This document shows, piece after piece, positions 62,567 to 64,000 of a stretch of 64,000 nt of DNA (position 1 is the first letter of the stretch; each line of letters begins with the position of its first letter). Origin of the DNA: Erysipelotrichaceae bacterium (GTDB lineage: Bacteria > Bacillota_I > Bacilli_A > RFN20 > CAG-826). The DNA is taken from positions 11,622 through 75,621 of the forward strand of contig CAVAGB010000008.1 in NCBI GenBank assembly GCA_963588055.1. Reading direction: 5' to 3'. The notes below the pieces were generated by a model. The model saw only the letters and a program-made list of their open reading frames with translations. It was not told the origin of the DNA and did no database searches. Position numbers and translations under genes: made by a program.

Positions 62567-63052
62567 TTATTCCCGTTTTGCTACATCAAAAAATGAAGCA
62601 TTTGTTATTTTCGCGAGGTCTGAGGGCGAAATCCCTACCTGGAAACCCCTCCTGCCCCCGGAAACGAACATCCTCTCGAATAGCTGCGCGGTCTCGTCAA
62701 TGAAAACCGGGAAAGGTTTTTTGAGTCCGATGGGGGAGCAGCCCCCATGGATATAACCAGTCAAAGGCAAAAGCTCTTTCTGAGGAATCATCTCGATTGA
62801 CTTTGAGCTAGCGGCTTTAGCGGCCTTTTTAAGATCAAGCTCGCAACTCACGGGCACGCAGAAAACGAAATGCTCTTTCTTTTGGTTTTGAGTCACCAAA
62901 GTTTTGAAGACGCAGTCGGGGTCTTCATTCAGGACGCGCGCGACGCTCTTCCCATCAACGACCTCTGGATCGTATTCCTTTTCTATATATAAGACATTAG
63001 CGGCGTCCAATAGACGCATCACGTTTGTCTTCTCGCTTTTTGCCATAGCCAT
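62567..63052 (-). CDS. ybaK: Cys-tRNA(Pro)/Cys-tRNA(Cys) deacylase YbaK/EbsC
   Basis: TNVMRLLDAANVLY, FKTLV, GYIHGGCSPIG. Confidence 0.8.
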   Translation of the reverse strand: MAMAKSEKTNVMRLLDAANVLYIEKEYDPEVVDGKSVARVLNEDPDCVFKTLVTQNQKKEHFVFCVPVSCELDLKKAAKAASSKSIEMIPQKELLPLTGYIHGGCSPIGLKKPFPVFIDETAQLFERMFVSGGRRGFQVGISPSDLAKITNASFFDVAKRE

Positions 63053-63100
63053 ATTCTAGACGCACGCAAACGACTTGGTTTAAAAGGAAGCGACAGCGCA

Positions 63101-63155
63101 TGTCGCATTCGTGTCGTTTTTTTGTCGTTTTTATGTCGTTTTCTTGTCGTTTTGT
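63101..63155 (+). repeat. 5 x 11-bp phased tandem repeat TGTCG(C/T)-T-rich
   Basis: TGTCG starts at 63101, 63112, 63123, 63134 and 63145, an exact 11-bp period. Preceded by the palindrome GCGACA-GCGCA-TGTCGC (63090-63106). Confidence 0.9.
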
Positions 63156-63184
63156 TTGGAAACAGTTATTTCGACGGCTATAAT
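63156..63184 (+). promoter_or_regulatory. candidate sigmaA promoter (-35 TTGGAA, 17-nt spacer, -10 TATAAT) for the AlbA_2 paralog
   Basis: Read directly. Abuts the 11-bp repeat array. ATG lies 19 nt downstream of the -10. Confidence 0.45.
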
Positions 63185-63202
63185 GGCCTTAGAGGAAAGA
63201 CA

Positions 63203-64000
63203 ATGAAACTAGGCAGAGAAAGCGAAAACGTAGAATTCAAAAAATCCACCGCGCAGCTAAGCAAATCCATGGATGATATAGCTAGCATTCTGAATAAAAG
63301 CGGCGAAGGCGTGCTTTATTTCGGCATCAAGCCCGATGGAGAAGTCTATGGGTTAGAAGTGACCGAGCACACGCTCAGCGACGTCGCCGAGAACATTAAA
63401 GCAAGCATCAAGCCGATGATCTATCCGAAGATTGAAGAGATCAAATTGGATGGCAAAAGCGTAATCAGAGTGATGTTCTCAGGGAACGAGAGGCCCTACT
63501 CCAGTTATGGGAGATATTTCAAAAGAGTCTTCGACAGGGCCGAAGAAATGAGCGCCGAGGAATTGAAAGAAACATTCGCTTCTTTGGATTACACCTCGTC
63601 CTGGGAGAACCACAAAACGAATTTCGGGATAGAGAGTGTAGATCACGACGCCCTCAAGCGCTTCTACAGCCAATCCGTCTCCTGCGGTAGATTGGAGCCT
63701 TTGCCCTCCTATGATGAGCAAGAGTTGCTCTCCGCTTTGGGCCTTCTTTCAGATGGGAAACTCACAAACGCTGGCTATTATCTCTTCTCATCGAGCCGTC
63801 CCGTTGTCTTGAAAGCGGCAATCTACGCAACCGAGGCGAGGATCAGTTTCAACGATATACAAAGATGGCACGACAACATCTTCAATTTGATTGACAAAGG
63901 CATCCTCTACATCAAAAACAACATCAGGTGGAAAGTCGAAAGCGCCGGGCTAGCCGAGCGAATCGAAATCCCGGAAGTGCCCATCGACGCGATAAGGGAA
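63203..64000 (+). CDS. AlbA_2 (Schlafen-like)/COG2865-type putative regulator, paralog of 1791..3131; 3' end cut by window
   Basis: MKLGRESENVEFKKSTAQL...YFGIKPDG...ERPYSSYGRYFKRV...IEIPEVPIDAIRE aligns colinearly with the first paralog at roughly half of the positions. Absent from the ORF track because no stop falls in the window. Confidence 0.7.
   Translation, partial: MKLGRESENVEFKKSTAQLSKSMDDIASILNKSGEGVLYFGIKPDGEVYGLEVTEHTLSDVAENIKASIKPMIYPKIEEIKLDGKSVIRVMFSGNERPYSSYGRYFKRVFDRAEEMSAEELKETFASLDYTSSWENHKTNFGIESVDHDALKRFYSQSVSCGRLEPLPSYDEQELLSALGLLSDGKLTNAGYYLFSSSRPVVLKAAIYATEARISFNDIQRWHDNIFNLIDKGILYIKNNIRWKVESAGLAERIEIPEVPIDAIRE

Noticed and set aside
3181-63155. Short tandem arrays (3181, 3384, 19415, 63101) considered as CRISPR arrays
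   Set aside because: Units are 10-12 bp and contiguous with no spacers, and no cas genes are present. They are not CRISPR.
1-64000. Mobile elements, prophage or integrative island boundaries
   Set aside because: No transposase, integrase, recombinase or phage structural gene was found. No long terminal inverted or direct repeats were seen. The tRNA genes at 40.7-41.9 kb have no adjacent integrase or duplicated 3' tRNA fragment.
1-64000. Alternative genetic code (TGA = Trp, Mollicutes-like)
   Set aside because: TGA terminates many well-delimited genes, including the ATGA start/stop overlaps at 17058, 31145 and 32933. Full-length conserved proteins are obtained with the standard code.

Overview
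This 64-kb window looks like a chromosomal segment from an anaerobic Bacillota-type bacterium. Supporting signals are GGAGG-type Shine-Dalgarno sites, CIRCE operators, a yybP-ykoY riboswitch, nrdDG, the standard genetic code with TGA used as a stop, and mid-range GC by eye. Genes are dense on both strands. Recognisable housekeeping and sugar genes are recN, rhaA-rhaD-rhaB-nagA, a NahK-like kinase, a ROK glucokinase, gpmA, mtnN, rfbA, capF/capG-like genes, nrdD/nrdG, dut, hsp20 and ybaK. There is also a Mn-riboswitch-controlled P-type ATPase and three tRNAs: Leu-CAA, Arg-CCG and Leu-CAG. No rRNA, CRISPR array, transposase or integrase was seen. Six things merit a second look. (1) A nine-gene operon (20.4-26.9 kb) joins two 2-hydroxyacyl-CoA-dehydratase-family subunits and an HgdC-type activase to a His-rich protein, CooT and CooC, plus a Cys-motif protein; no CODH or CoA-transferase is present. 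(2) An accessory island (6.4-19.4 kb) holds five diverged AAA_14/DUF4143-type ATPase paralogs, most preceded by their own repeats. (3) Inside that island sits an AbiL-like ABC-ATPase with a frameshifted RloB/Toprim-like partner. (4) A G7 tract separates the SD, ATG and signal peptide from the body of a sensor kinase. (5) Phased 11-12-bp tandem repeat arrays lie about 50 nt upstream of both AlbA_2/COG2865 paralogs at the two window ends. (6) Several clean operator-like palindromes are present. Family assignments rest on motif recognition from memory, not on searches. Many long antisense shadow ORFs in the track were rejected.
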